A stretch of 64,000 bases of DNA from an uncultured delta proteobacterium (GTDB taxonomy: Bacteria > Desulfobacterota > Binatia > UBA9968). A program made the position numbers and the translations under genes. The notes beneath the pieces are model-generated. The model was not told where the DNA came from, did no database searches, and saw only the letters and a list, made by a program, of their open reading frames with translations. Shown here piece after piece: positions 1-9,795 of this stretch. Numbering within the stretch: the stretch's first letter is position 1; the number at the start of each line of letters is the position of its first letter. The stretch spans positions 32,001-96,000 of the forward strand of contig CAVUZH010000024.1 of assembly GCA_963745835.1 (NCBI GenBank), in the 5' to 3' direction.

Positions 1-598
1 TGTACCCCTCTCGTTTTGCCAGTACTGCGAACTCAGCATTCAACATAGCTGCTTGAACGGTTCCGCCTACAAGACCCGCCATCATTTCTGGTTGACCGCC
101 GAGCTGTAGTATCCCGATATCTGCCTCGGGTTTAATGCCCCATTTATTTGCGACAAACCGCAAAGCAAAGTCTGTGGTGGAACCGAAACGGGTGATGCCG
201 ATCTTTTTCCCCCTGAGATCCTCGACGCGCTTTACGTCTGGATGGGCCACCAGAATGAAAGGCAGCACGTCTGTTCCAGCCGCGATTATAGCTAAATCTG
301 CACCGGCCAAATTGGCACTGACTACAGTCGCGCCACTAAATACACCCATAGCAACGTCGCCCGACACAAGCACTTGTGATGCCCGGGAGCCTCCCCCGAC
401 ATAGAGTAGCTCAACGTCAGCGCCGTTTTTGCGGAAAATACCTGCTTCATACGGGATCCATAATGTGCTTTGTGATGCTCCAATGGCGCTATAAACAACA
501 CGGATCTTTTCTGGCACTGACCGTAACTGCGCGTTGGATGGACTGATAAGAATTGCCACTAAAAACAAAGCGAAGGCAAATTTAATCTGTTGTTTCAC
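1..598 (-). CDS. ABC transporter substrate-binding protein, NMT1/THI5/SsuA-like (runs off the window edge)
   Basis: Not in the ORF track. Manual translation from GTG at 598 (GGAGA SD upstream) gives MKQQIKFAFALFLVAILISPSNAQ...GIFRKNGADVELLYVGGGS...DLRGKKIGITRFGSTTDFAL, open to base 1, with a signal peptide and SsuA/THI5-type motifs. Confidence 0.85.
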   Translation of the reverse strand, partial: MKQQIKFAFALFLVAILISPSNAQLRSVPEKIRVVYSAIGASQSTLWIPYEAGIFRKNGADVELLYVGGGSRASQVLVSGDVAMGVFSGATVVSANLAGADLAIIAAGTDVLPFILVAHPDVKRVEDLRGKKIGITRFGSTTDFALRFVANKWGIKPEADIGILQLGGQPEMMAGLVGGTVQAAMLNAEFAVLAKREGY

Positions 599-782
599 CG
601 GAAGGTCTCCGATTCAAGTATTTCTGAGGAATCGCTTAGTTCATAGAGTGGATACTAGCCATCGGCTTTTCTTCTTATTTTCTGTCAAAAATTGGCGCAG
701 TGCAAAATGAACAGCAAGAAGTTCTAGTCGATACGAAGCAATATGAGAATCTGAGCCGAGCTTCTTTTCAATTATCTCCTTC

Positions 783-1733
783 TTATTGCTTTATGAATCG
801 TTCCTGGATCAATTCCTGCAGTACGGAATTATCATAAAGATCGCCACTCGGCTTTTCGGTAGTCTTGCCTACCGGAAGCGCAGCTGTGATGGCTGCGGCA
901 TCAACGAGGGGCACAGTAGATGTATGTTTTACGAAATAGTCATGCGTTTTGGATACGAGCTCCTGATCCGACAGACGTGAGTACTTCTGCATCACATCAG
1001 TTGCTGCCTTTTTGTTTTGCTTATATAGAGATAAACCCTCAGCAAAGCCCATCAGAATCTTTTTTATCAACGGCCTGTCGCGGTTAAGCTGAGACCGACG
1101 GACTGTAATTACAGATGCCGGATATTTCAGGCCGAGTTCTCCCAGATCGACGTACATCTTGAGACCCATCGAAGTGGCTCTATACAGACCTGGTGGCGCA
1201 ATGACGGTCGCAGCTGCGGTACCGGAATACACGGCAGCGATTCTGCCTGCCTCTGAACCTGTCCGGATAAATGGGCTTTCTTTCGGATTCACCTTGAGTC
1301 TTTCGAGCGTCATCAAAAGAGCCGCTTCAACGGCTCCGCCCAAATTTCCCACGGCCATGGGCTTACCCTTAAGATCTTCGGGACTACGAACGTCTTTGCT
1401 CACCACCATCGCATAGGGCATGAGGTTATAAGATGACGCCACAAGAATTAAGTCGGCTCCCTTGAGTGCTGCATTGAGTGGTGCGGACCCTGTGGAATTG
1501 ACAACATCGATATCGCCAGCAACTAACGCTTGGATGGTAGGGCTTGAATTCGCGATCAGTACAAGTTCGCTGTTAATCCCATGTTTCTTAAACAGACCTG
1601 CCTCATGAGCAAGAAAGAACGGCACGTTAAAACCTGCTGTGCCCGGATAAGCCATTCTAATGGTTTGCGCAGATACGGATCCGGTAAACCAAGTTAGTAG
1701 TAGCGTGAGGATTATGGATGTCTTTAGTCGCAT
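783..1733 (-). CDS. ABC transporter substrate-binding protein, NMT1/THI5/SsuA-like
   Basis: Signal peptide and AGLFKKHGINSELV / DLKGKPMAVG motifs. ATG 1733 follows a GAGG SD (the ORF track starts at 1748). Confidence 0.85.
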   Translation of the reverse strand: MRLKTSIILTLLLTWFTGSVSAQTIRMAYPGTAGFNVPFFLAHEAGLFKKHGINSELVLIANSSPTIQALVAGDIDVVNSTGSAPLNAALKGADLILVASSYNLMPYAMVVSKDVRSPEDLKGKPMAVGNLGGAVEAALLMTLERLKVNPKESPFIRTGSEAGRIAAVYSGTAAATVIAPPGLYRATSMGLKMYVDLGELGLKYPASVITVRRSQLNRDRPLIKKILMGFAEGLSLYKQNKKAATDVMQKYSRLSDQELVSKTHDYFVKHTSTVPLVDAAAITAALPVGKTTEKPSGDLYDNSVLQELIQERFIKQ

Positions 1734-1847
1734 GCCAACCTCGAACAACAGTGGAGTTGAAATAAGAAGCTGATCAGTACTAAATGAATACCCGCTGTGT
1801 CAAACCAAAGTATGATGCGAATAGACCTCACCGGAAACAATCAGAGT

Positions 1848-1877
1848 TTGACAAAAGCTAAGGACGATCTGTATACA
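1848..1877 (+). promoter_or_regulatory. Putative sigma70 promoter of the amidohydrolase gene
   Basis: TTGACA-N18-TATACA upstream of the AGGAGA SD at 1921. Confidence 0.45.
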
Positions 1878-1930
1878 GCAACCTTTACGATTGCCGTCGG
1901 GGACCTACAAATCAACACAGAGGAGAATTG

Positions 1931-3598
1931 ATGGCTTCACGGGCACAAAGCAAGAATGAGAAATCATCAGGAGATATCGTCATTATCCGGGGAGGTCGAC
2001 TCATTGATGGAACCGGCAAACCGCCGATCGAAGATGCGGTCATTGTAATCGAGGGAAATAGAATAACATCCGTGGGTAGCAGGCAGGACGGGATTTCTGC
2101 GAAAAACGCTCGGGTCCTCAACGTCAGGGGCAATACTATTCTTCCAGGTTTTATGGACGGACACGGACACTATGAGGATTTCGCCGGTGAGCTTTATCTA
2201 CATCTTGGAGTTACAAGCTGTCCAGATATCGAAATCTTTCGTGATGACTACTGGTCGATGGCGCAAAGAGACGGAATAAGGATGGGAAAGATTCGCGGTC
2301 CGAGATTGTGGTCCGCAGGACGCGGGTTGGGATCCCGACCTCCTGAATACGCCCCTCCCGGAGGTCGTGCATTTAGAGGTAATGTTCCCTTTAGCACGCC
2401 CGAAGAAGGCAGAGAAATCGTTAGAAGAAAAAAAGAAATCGGTCTTGATATGATCAAGATCAACGAGTTCCTTACTCCCGAGCTCGTCAAAGCTGTAGTA
2501 GACGAAGCAAATCGGCTTGAGATGCCGGTGATCGCACACACATTTGATGTGATGGTAGCGGCGGATGCTGGAGTTGCGGCAGCGGAACACCATTGGTCAG
2601 TCGGTTTGACTTCGATTGCGGACTTTGAGCGGCGGAAAAAGCTCACGATGGATCGGCTAACTGGTCGTGTTGGTCAAGAAGAATTTCCTTTCTTTTACGA
2701 GAGCGGAAACTTTGACCGAATCATCGCCAAGATGGTGGAAAAAGGACTCTCGTGGTCTCCTACAATTGCAACCGTCTTCAGACCATTATCTCCGAGTGCA
2801 GATTTATTTAGACAACGAGAGCTATCGATTGTTAATAATCGCAATGCCAGCTATCTACCGCCGGTCGTACGGGCTTTCGCTATGGGACAATATGAAAAAT
2901 ACGCAAAGTTTCCGCCAGATGAGCTGAAAAGGATTAAAGTAGGTTATAAGAAGATCGAAGATTTTATGCGCCGGTTTGTTAAGGCCGGCGGCTTAATCAG
3001 GGCTGGATCTGATCCTAGTTGGGGCATGCCTGCTATTGGCATCCATGAAGAAATGAAAATGTTCGTGGAAGCCGGGCTTAGTCCCATGCAGGCCATTCAG
3101 TCTGCAACCATCAATGTCGCCAAAACGTTTAGGAAAGATAAGGATCTCGGCACGGTCGAACCTGGCAAGATCGCTGACATGGTTGTCATTGCAGGAGATC
3201 CTCTAAAGGACATTTGGGCGACACAGAATGTGAAGACGGTCATCATGAACGGCAAACTTGCTGATACCAAATTTCATTCAGATTATAAAAATCCGATCCC
3301 CAGTCCGGACCCTTGGAAGGTAATTCCGCGGAATATCGAAGTGTCTCCACCTTCCATTCCTCAAGGATCTGGTCCTACGGTTGTAAAAATCACGTCCGAG
3401 AGGTTACAGCCCTACCACCGTGTGATTCTGAACGGCAAGGAGCTAAAAACTAAATTTATCAGTAAGAACGAGATTACGGCGACGATCCCGCCTGATGCAA
3501 TCAAAAGAGCAGGAGTTTACAAAATTACGGTAGTTAGTCCAGGAGAATTTGGCGGACAATCACATCCCGCACATCTAATCGTTCCTTTTAAGATGTAA
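1931..3598 (+). CDS. Amidohydrolase-superfamily enzyme with a C-terminal IPT/TIG-like domain
   Basis: GGRLIDGTG, PGFMDGHGH (HxH), AGSD and GTVEPGKIADMVV motifs. The last ~85 aa (VSPPSIPQGSGPTVVKIT...LNGKELKTKFISKNEITATIP) look like a TIG domain. Confidence 0.85.
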   Translation: MASRAQSKNEKSSGDIVIIRGGRLIDGTGKPPIEDAVIVIEGNRITSVGSRQDGISAKNARVLNVRGNTILPGFMDGHGHYEDFAGELYLHLGVTSCPDIEIFRDDYWSMAQRDGIRMGKIRGPRLWSAGRGLGSRPPEYAPPGGRAFRGNVPFSTPEEGREIVRRKKEIGLDMIKINEFLTPELVKAVVDEANRLEMPVIAHTFDVMVAADAGVAAAEHHWSVGLTSIADFERRKKLTMDRLTGRVGQEEFPFFYESGNFDRIIAKMVEKGLSWSPTIATVFRPLSPSADLFRQRELSIVNNRNASYLPPVVRAFAMGQYEKYAKFPPDELKRIKVGYKKIEDFMRRFVKAGGLIRAGSDPSWGMPAIGIHEEMKMFVEAGLSPMQAIQSATINVAKTFRKDKDLGTVEPGKIADMVVIAGDPLKDIWATQNVKTVIMNGKLADTKFHSDYKNPIPSPDPWKVIPRNIEVSPPSIPQGSGPTVVKITSERLQPYHRVILNGKELKTKFISKNEITATIPPDAIKRAGVYKITVVSPGEFGGQSHPAHLIVPFKM

Positions 3599-3793
3599 GA
3601 ACGCATCGGTTTGCCAACGGTCGAAATCCATAACGCTATAACTTCTGCTCGACAGCTACACTATGCCAGCTCAGTAGTTGCTTAACTGTGAGTTTAGCGC
3701 GCGTTTGCTTATGAGGAGCGACGTCTCCGTTGATTATTTATACTCGTCTCCGTCTTTGTGAGTTGCTATCGCCCACCGGGACAGAGGCTTCAG

Positions 3794-4029
3794 GAAACGC
3801 ACGCCTACATTCAAGTAATGCAGGGCGCGCCTTAAAAGCGCGGCGGCTTGTGAGTAAGAAGAATTTTTGAGTTGGTAAGGAGCTAAAGATCGACCGTGGC
3901 AAGGTTAGTATGATCTAGCGGCTGCCGCTTCAATACTGGCCGGGCGGGAGCAAAGAACTGGTTCTTTACAGTATTCAATTTAGGGCGGGGCAACCATATT
4001 GCCGGTATAAATACCTGACAAGCCGGTGA
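3794..4029 (+). pseudogene. Relic 3' end of a large serine recombinase gene with att-proximal sequence
   Basis: Broken frames read HAYIQVMQ/ARLKSAAACE*EEFL/KELKIDRGKVSMI*RLPL...ELVLYSIQF. These align with DAYIAEMRRRL/KQIGAKREFLQEVLKEVRVRGGNVTLTYKLPL of the LSR at 25.2-25.36 kb. GGTTCTTTACA is shared (3960-3970 and 25342-25352). Confidence 0.7.
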
Positions 4030-4176
4030 TTTACACTTCAAAAACTTGAGATGCTCCCCAAGTTGCTAATTTCGTGCTCGCGTACTTCAATCATCCGCTG
4101 TATTTCTATGAATCGTTAACAGAACGGCAGTGTGAAATACGGGCCGCAGACATTCGGTAGGCGAACCCGACCTTAC

Positions 4177-5280
4177 CTAACGACTCAATGCCGATGTAGA
4201 GACGATTTGTGTGACCTTATCTGAAAAGGCTTCAAAGGCATTGAGTTGCTGCAGATTAATCGGTTCAAGTACTTTCGCATTGGGTGCCTGTTCCTTCAAA
4301 AGCTGGCCTAGCTTCGAGTTCTTCGATGTTGTCCGAGAACTAAATTCCATTTCCTCGAAGATTCTCATCCCGTCTGTCACGAACCATGCTAAGAACAATC
4401 GTCCTAAGTTGGGATGGGGTGAGGTTTTGGTCAAGGCGTACCCTAATGCTACTACCGGGACATAGTCGCCGTAAGTCTTCCACTGGACCGGGGCATGTCT
4501 CGTTTTGAGACGCTCCGTTTCATGAATGCTACCCAATCCGATGGCGGCTTCTCCGGCGGCTACAGCATTGATTACAGGAGGGACATTATTCTTAAAGATT
4601 GGCTTGTTTGCGAGCAGCTTCTGCAGTACGTCAAGTGTTTTTTGCTCGCCCCACACCAAGGAGAATAGATCGAACGGTGAAGCAACCCCACCACCTCCGC
4701 TCATAGCAAACCTGCGAGCCCACTTTGGGTCCGCAAGACCATCAAAATTGTTTGGTACCTCCGAAGACTTTACCAAATTCGTGTTGTATACGAGGCTCCG
4801 AGTACCGTCATATGCGGCAATCCACTTACCTCTCATTTCCATCGGAACCCGGTCGACCGCTGGCTCCTTGATGTCTGGGAATTCGGTTCCGAACACGCTC
4901 AACCAATCGAATCCCTCCAATAAACCGGTATGATCCAAATCCAGTGCGGCTCGGACGCTCGCCATGAATACGGAAGGCCCTTTTTTGTTCGCGTTGACCT
5001 CCGATATGATGCGCGCGACAGCGGGTGTTGGAAAAAGCGACAACCAATCGTATCTAAATTCCAACTGAAACCTTTTTTTGAACGCGTCGAAGAGTGCCTG
5101 CCGGGTTTTCTCCTCACGGGGGTTGGAAGCGTACACTAGAAACACATCACCTCTGGCGGCTTCCTTCCTAGCTGCTTGCAATAGGTCTTGAAACTTTCCA
5201 GTCTGCGCGTTGGCGACACCAAGAAATTGCCACCAACAAATCAACGTGGCGATCATAGTCATTCGCAAGACCTTCATCAT
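4177..5280 (-). CDS. ABC substrate-binding protein (Fe3+/thiamine/polyamine-type family), paralog 3
   Basis: Signal peptide; LVYNTNLV, DGLADPKW and AVAAGEAAIG motifs; strong similarity to the genes at 8638 and 11434. Confidence 0.85.
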   Translation of the reverse strand: MMKVLRMTMIATLICWWQFLGVANAQTGKFQDLLQAARKEAARGDVFLVYASNPREEKTRQALFDAFKKRFQLEFRYDWLSLFPTPAVARIISEVNANKKGPSVFMASVRAALDLDHTGLLEGFDWLSVFGTEFPDIKEPAVDRVPMEMRGKWIAAYDGTRSLVYNTNLVKSSEVPNNFDGLADPKWARRFAMSGGGGVASPFDLFSLVWGEQKTLDVLQKLLANKPIFKNNVPPVINAVAAGEAAIGLGSIHETERLKTRHAPVQWKTYGDYVPVVALGYALTKTSPHPNLGRLFLAWFVTDGMRIFEEMEFSSRTTSKNSKLGQLLKEQAPNAKVLEPINLQQLNAFEAFSDKVTQIVSTSALSR

Positions 5281-5311
5281 GTCGCTCCTTCCATCCCAGT
5301 ACGTGCGGACT

Positions 5312-6688
5312 TCAAATAATCGGCCACCGTTGCGGGTAAGAAACTTTCATTCTTGCGAGCAGAGCCTCCCCTATTTCCTCCACTTTCTGTATAAGCCGCC
5401 ACTCGTCGACAAATTTCTGCTTGTAATCCTCCACTACGACTCGACCGTCTATGATAACCGTATGGATGCTCCGCCCATCTGCGCTATAAACGAGATTATT
5501 TACCGGGTCAAACAATGCGCGCCACTCCGGTCGTTTTGTGTCAAACAGCACTAGGTCAGCTTTTTTTCCGGCCTCAAGCGATCCGAGTTCATCACCCAAT
5601 CCGCAGGCCTGCGCTCCCATTAAAGTCCCCATTTCGATCGCCTGCTCTGCCGGAATCATCTTAGTGTCCTGCCTGGCATCTTTGTAAATGCACGCTGCAA
5701 GATTCATAGACCGCACAATATCGAGGTGATTCGAACTATTGACTGAGTCGCTACCCAGCATCACCTTAATCCCCTTCGCCAACATTTCAGGCATCTTCCC
5801 ATTTTCCTTGATGCCTCCGGCTTGTTTTATGACATTACTGGGGCACATCACTACGTTCGTACGAGTGCGGGCAAGGGACTCGATTTCCGCGTCATTAAGT
5901 CCCATGACATGGGCTAGAAGGACATTCGGGCCCAAGACGCCGATCGATTCCAAAAATTCCGTAGGGTGCTTACCGTATTGCTGTAAGCAGGCTTCTCGTA
6001 TCTTGGGTCGAATAGTGTGGTGAAGCGTCATGCCAGTGTCATATTGATCCACTAGCCTCTTAGCGGCCTTGAGCAAATCAGGGGTACAGTTGAACGCCGA
6101 GAAAGGCATCGCCCAGGCACGCACTCTGTCATTGAGCCGATGGTCATACGTTTTGATGATATGCTCGATACGCCGGATCGCCTCTTCAGTCGAATACAGG
6201 GGTAATTTTCTTTGTTCGGTAATATCGGTTAGTCCTTCGCCTAGAATGATCCGACATCCGGAATCTTCATATGCCTGCATGCAAGCGTCTGGATATTTGG
6301 TCGAGCCCGGATCTACGAAACAGGTGTTACCGTTTTTGAGCAATTCTACAATCGCAAGCAATGACGTATGATATTCCTCTTCTTCGGTCATGGCATCCTG
6401 AAGCTGAAAGACAGTGACGAGTCGGTCGGCCACATCGTCTGGAAAGATTCCGCGCACAGCATGAGCATAGCTTATGTGCATGTGGCCATTATAAAATCCA
6501 GGCGTCACGACCATTTCTTGAGCATCGATCACTCGATCTGCCGATATTGCGGCCAGATCCCTAGCTTTTCCAATCTGAGAAATTCGCTGGCCCTCGATCA
6601 TGATCGATCCATCACGAATAATTCGGCGTTGGGGATCGAGGGTCAAAATATATCGAGCGTTCTCGATTTTAACTGTGGTAATGGGCAT
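5312..6688 (-). CDS. Amidohydrolase, deaminase/chlorohydrolase (SsnA/MtaD/AtzA-like) subtype
   Basis: TPGFYNGHMH, LLAHV, CPSN, LGSDS and GSLEAGKKADLV motifs. Confidence 0.85.
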   Translation of the reverse strand: MPITTVKIENARYILTLDPQRRIIRDGSIMIEGQRISQIGKARDLAAISADRVIDAQEMVVTPGFYNGHMHISYAHAVRGIFPDDVADRLVTVFQLQDAMTEEEEYHTSLLAIVELLKNGNTCFVDPGSTKYPDACMQAYEDSGCRIILGEGLTDITEQRKLPLYSTEEAIRRIEHIIKTYDHRLNDRVRAWAMPFSAFNCTPDLLKAAKRLVDQYDTGMTLHHTIRPKIREACLQQYGKHPTEFLESIGVLGPNVLLAHVMGLNDAEIESLARTRTNVVMCPSNVIKQAGGIKENGKMPEMLAKGIKVMLGSDSVNSSNHLDIVRSMNLAACIYKDARQDTKMIPAEQAIEMGTLMGAQACGLGDELGSLEAGKKADLVLFDTKRPEWRALFDPVNNLVYSADGRSIHTVIIDGRVVVEDYKQKFVDEWRLIQKVEEIGEALLARMKVSYPQRWPII

Positions 6689-6846
6689 GATGTCCTCCGA
6701 AATGGATGTTGAAAGTCACACACCGCTTGCGACGGTTCCGGGTTTCTGCATTAGTAGAATCATCCAGTAGGGCCCCTGGTCCCTTTAGAAACGCGAGGCG
6801 TCTTGCATGACGGTGCGGGCTGTGTGAGAAAGCGGGCGCAGTTATG

Positions 6847-8100
6847 TCAGGAAACGGGTCTCGACAACCGGCCGCGCTCCTCGAATTCCCGCTGCGCTGC
6901 GTCTACAAACTCGCCATTGCTTAGCAGGTCACAGGTGGTAAGAGCGAGGACCTTAGCAACATCCAAAGCTACGTCCAAGGCAAATTCAGACCGTGCAGCT
7001 TCTGTGAGCGCCGTGGAGTGTCCTGCGACCGGCGTCTTGCTGATTGCAAATGAGATATTGAAAAAGGGCAGCACCTGGCTCACATTCCCGGAATCCGTGG
7101 ACGCAGTGCTTCGACGGACACTCAATGCTTTGTCGTCGACTTCCAAACCTACGTCCCTTGCGTTCGCGAGGGTTAGTTTCGCGAGCAAATTGTTGGGTCG
7201 CACATTCTCATAAAACGGATACAACGGCTCAATCTCAACCCGCGCTCCAGTCATTTTCCCTGCTCCCTCGGCAATCTGTGCCACCTTCGGAACGACTTCG
7301 TCGCGGAGGTATAAGTGATCTCGGCTACGCAACATGAAATTCGCCGCAGCAAAGTCGGGAACAACGTTGGCCGCTTTTCCGCCATGTGTGATTACGCCAT
7401 GAATTCGTACATCGTCACGCAGGTGCTGTCTCAACGCATCGATGCCGGTAAAGAGATGAATTACCGCGTTCAGAGCGTTGATGCCTTCCTGTGGCATCGT
7501 TGCCGCGTGTGCCGACTTTCCATAGAATAGGTAGCGATACCCTACCATTGCCAGCCGCCAGTTCTCTTCTAGGGGGACCTCTAAAGGAATTGACGTGCGA
7601 TGACTTCCGGGATGAGATTTGAGTGCGACATGGACATCGTCAAAAACTCCCGCCTTGAGTAAACGAACCTTTCCTCCGCCTCCTTCTTCAGCCGGCGTCC
7701 CAATGACCATGAGCCTTCCCGGCAGAGTTGAAAGTGCGGCTTGCACTCCCAATCCGGCTCCGACAGCTGTCATCGCGATTAGATTGTGGCCGCACCCGTG
7801 GCCGATTTCTGGTAAGGCGTCATATTCCGCAAGAACCGCCACCGTTGGACCTTTGCCGGCACCGCCCTCAAGCGTCGCTCGAAAGGCAGTCTCGACACCA
7901 CCAACGCCGCGTTCCACGACAAATCCCTTTCGCTCGAGAGTGTCGGTTAGCAACTTAGCCGCATAGTGTTCTTGATAATTGATTTCAGGGTGGTCATGAA
8001 GGTCTAAGGCAATTTGAACTAATTCCTTTCTCGAGTTATCGATCGCCTTTGTGCCGATTTCAAACCACCTTTTTTCGGATCTACTCTGTTCGAGAGCCAT
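6847..8100 (-). CDS. M20 amidohydrolase, AbgB/ACY1L2-like
   Basis: HDHPE, AEYDALP, GHGCGHNLI, GTPAEEGGGGK and STDSGNVS motifs. Confidence 0.9.
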   Translation of the reverse strand: MALEQSRSEKRWFEIGTKAIDNSRKELVQIALDLHDHPEINYQEHYAAKLLTDTLERKGFVVERGVGGVETAFRATLEGGAGKGPTVAVLAEYDALPEIGHGCGHNLIAMTAVGAGLGVQAALSTLPGRLMVIGTPAEEGGGGKVRLLKAGVFDDVHVALKSHPGSHRTSIPLEVPLEENWRLAMVGYRYLFYGKSAHAATMPQEGINALNAVIHLFTGIDALRQHLRDDVRIHGVITHGGKAANVVPDFAAANFMLRSRDHLYLRDEVVPKVAQIAEGAGKMTGARVEIEPLYPFYENVRPNNLLAKLTLANARDVGLEVDDKALSVRRSTASTDSGNVSQVLPFFNISFAISKTPVAGHSTALTEAARSEFALDVALDVAKVLALTTCDLLSNGEFVDAAQREFEERGRLSRPVS

Positions 8101-8133
8101 TAGATACCCCCTCGTGTTGCTTGCCGTGCGGTC

Positions 8134-8613
8134 TCAGACACTTTCGCCTTCGATTCTCCCCGCGTTTCCGGTGGGAACAAAATCAAAGGATCCAATATTA
8201 CTCATCAATGATGCCGTGTGGACGGCGAATAACCGCACCCTTCGGCTCATTTCCAGATTGAAATGTTGATGCTCGGACATTGGCGGAACAGAAATCGTAT
8301 CACCGGCACTCCACTCGAACTTGACGCCGTCTATCTCTGTATATCCCCGTCCTTCTAGCACGTGAATGATCGCCTCCATATTGTGCCGGTGCCGGCCGCT
8401 TTTCCAACCTGGTGGAATCTCGCGAATAAAACCACTGATCTGGCGATTTGCGAACCCATTAGCAGGACTCACATGCTGCGCGACCGTACCTGAGGAACTT
8501 GTCTTAAAAGTCAACTCGTCACTTTTGATCACGATTCGAGAACTCTTCCACCTCTCGTGCCCCTCCTGAGCTCTCACTTCGAGCGCAGCCTTTTCTTGCG
8601 TTGGTGTCTCCAT
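8134..8613 (-). CDS. Cupin-domain protein
   Basis: HRHNMEAIIHVLEGRG and GDTISVPPMSEHQHFN cupin metal motifs; strong GAGGAGG SD. Confidence 0.9.
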   Translation of the reverse strand: METPTQEKAALEVRAQEGHERWKSSRIVIKSDELTFKTSSSGTVAQHVSPANGFANRQISGFIREIPPGWKSGRHRHNMEAIIHVLEGRGYTEIDGVKFEWSAGDTISVPPMSEHQHFNLEMSRRVRLFAVHTASLMSNIGSFDFVPTGNAGRIEGESV

Positions 8614-8637
8614 ACCTTTACCTCCTCACCAAGGTTT

Positions 8638-9750
8638 TTATTGACCCGTAACGCTTCCGGCGATCATTTTGTCAAGTTTATCCCCAAATGCTTCAAATGC
8701 GTCGAACTCCTTCTGACTCTTGGGTTCAAGGACTTTCGCGTTCGGTGCTCGTTCCTGGATCAGCTTATTCAAAAACGACCCTTTGCGGGTCACCCGAGTA
8801 CTGAACTCCATCTTCTCGTAAATCGACATGCCGTCCGTGGCCAACCAAGCGATGAAAAGGTGTGACAGATTTGGATGGCGCGACTTCTTACTCGTGGAAT
8901 AGCCTTGACTTAGCACAGGGATATAATTCCCGTACGTTTTCCAATCTATCGGAGCACCCTTCATTATCTTAAGGCGCTCGGCCTCATGAATGCTCCCGAA
9001 ACCAACCGGTGCTTCGCCGGCGGAAATAGCGTTTACCACTGCCGGCGTTCCTTTCTTAAATATGGGCTTGTTGGCGATAAGCTTCTTCACGAGATTGATC
9101 ACGCGCTCCTCTCCCCAAGCCAACATAAAAAGATCGAATGGCGATGCGCCGCTTGAGTTCATAGCAAATCGCCGTGACCATTTCGGATCCGCCAGATCCT
9201 CCAGCTGGTTGGGGACATCACCTACCTTTAACTGATCGCTATTGAAATTGAAGCTCCTCGTAGCATCGTAAACAACGACCCACTTGCCCTTTAATTCTGT
9301 GGGAACGCGATCCTCGGTCGGCTCTTTAATATCTGGAAACTCTGCACCGAAAGTTCCGGTCCAATCAAAAACTTCAAGTAACCCAGCCTTGTCTGCTTCG
9401 ACGAGCGTGTTGGCACTACTCATTACTATGTCCGGGCCGCTTCGTCCTGCTCGTGCCTCTGACACTAAGCGAGGAACGGCAACGCTCGGGTGCAGCGTTA
9501 ACCACTCGAATTTGAAATTAGGCAACGAATATCTCTTTTTGAAGGCATCAAAAAAGGCTTGCCGTGTCTTTTCCTCGCGAGGATTGGACGCATAGACTAG
9601 AAACGTAGTCCCCTGGCCCGCTTCCTTCTTAGCCGCCGCAACCAACTCCTGAAACTTTACGGTCGCCGCACCCGCCGGGAGGGTGGACAATTGGATCCCG
9701 CTACAGAGCAACGCTGCGTGCAACCATATGAACATCGGTTTTGTTCTCAT
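8638..9750 (-). CDS. ABC substrate-binding protein, paralog 2
   Basis: Signal peptide; shares YASNPREEKTRQA and GSIHEAERLK...WKTYG with its paralogs. Confidence 0.85.
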   Translation of the reverse strand: MRTKPMFIWLHAALLCSGIQLSTLPAGAATVKFQELVAAAKKEAGQGTTFLVYASNPREEKTRQAFFDAFKKRYSLPNFKFEWLTLHPSVAVPRLVSEARAGRSGPDIVMSSANTLVEADKAGLLEVFDWTGTFGAEFPDIKEPTEDRVPTELKGKWVVVYDATRSFNFNSDQLKVGDVPNQLEDLADPKWSRRFAMNSSGASPFDLFMLAWGEERVINLVKKLIANKPIFKKGTPAVVNAISAGEAPVGFGSIHEAERLKIMKGAPIDWKTYGNYIPVLSQGYSTSKKSRHPNLSHLFIAWLATDGMSIYEKMEFSTRVTRKGSFLNKLIQERAPNAKVLEPKSQKEFDAFEAFGDKLDKMIAGSVTGQ

Positions 9751-9795
9751 ATAGAATGACCCCCTACATCATCGTTCGTAGTCAATCATTAATGA

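Noticed and set aside
6690-6846. Loose inverted repeat TCACACA...TGTGTGA in the intergenic gap
   Set aside because: The arms are short and interrupted, compatible with chance.
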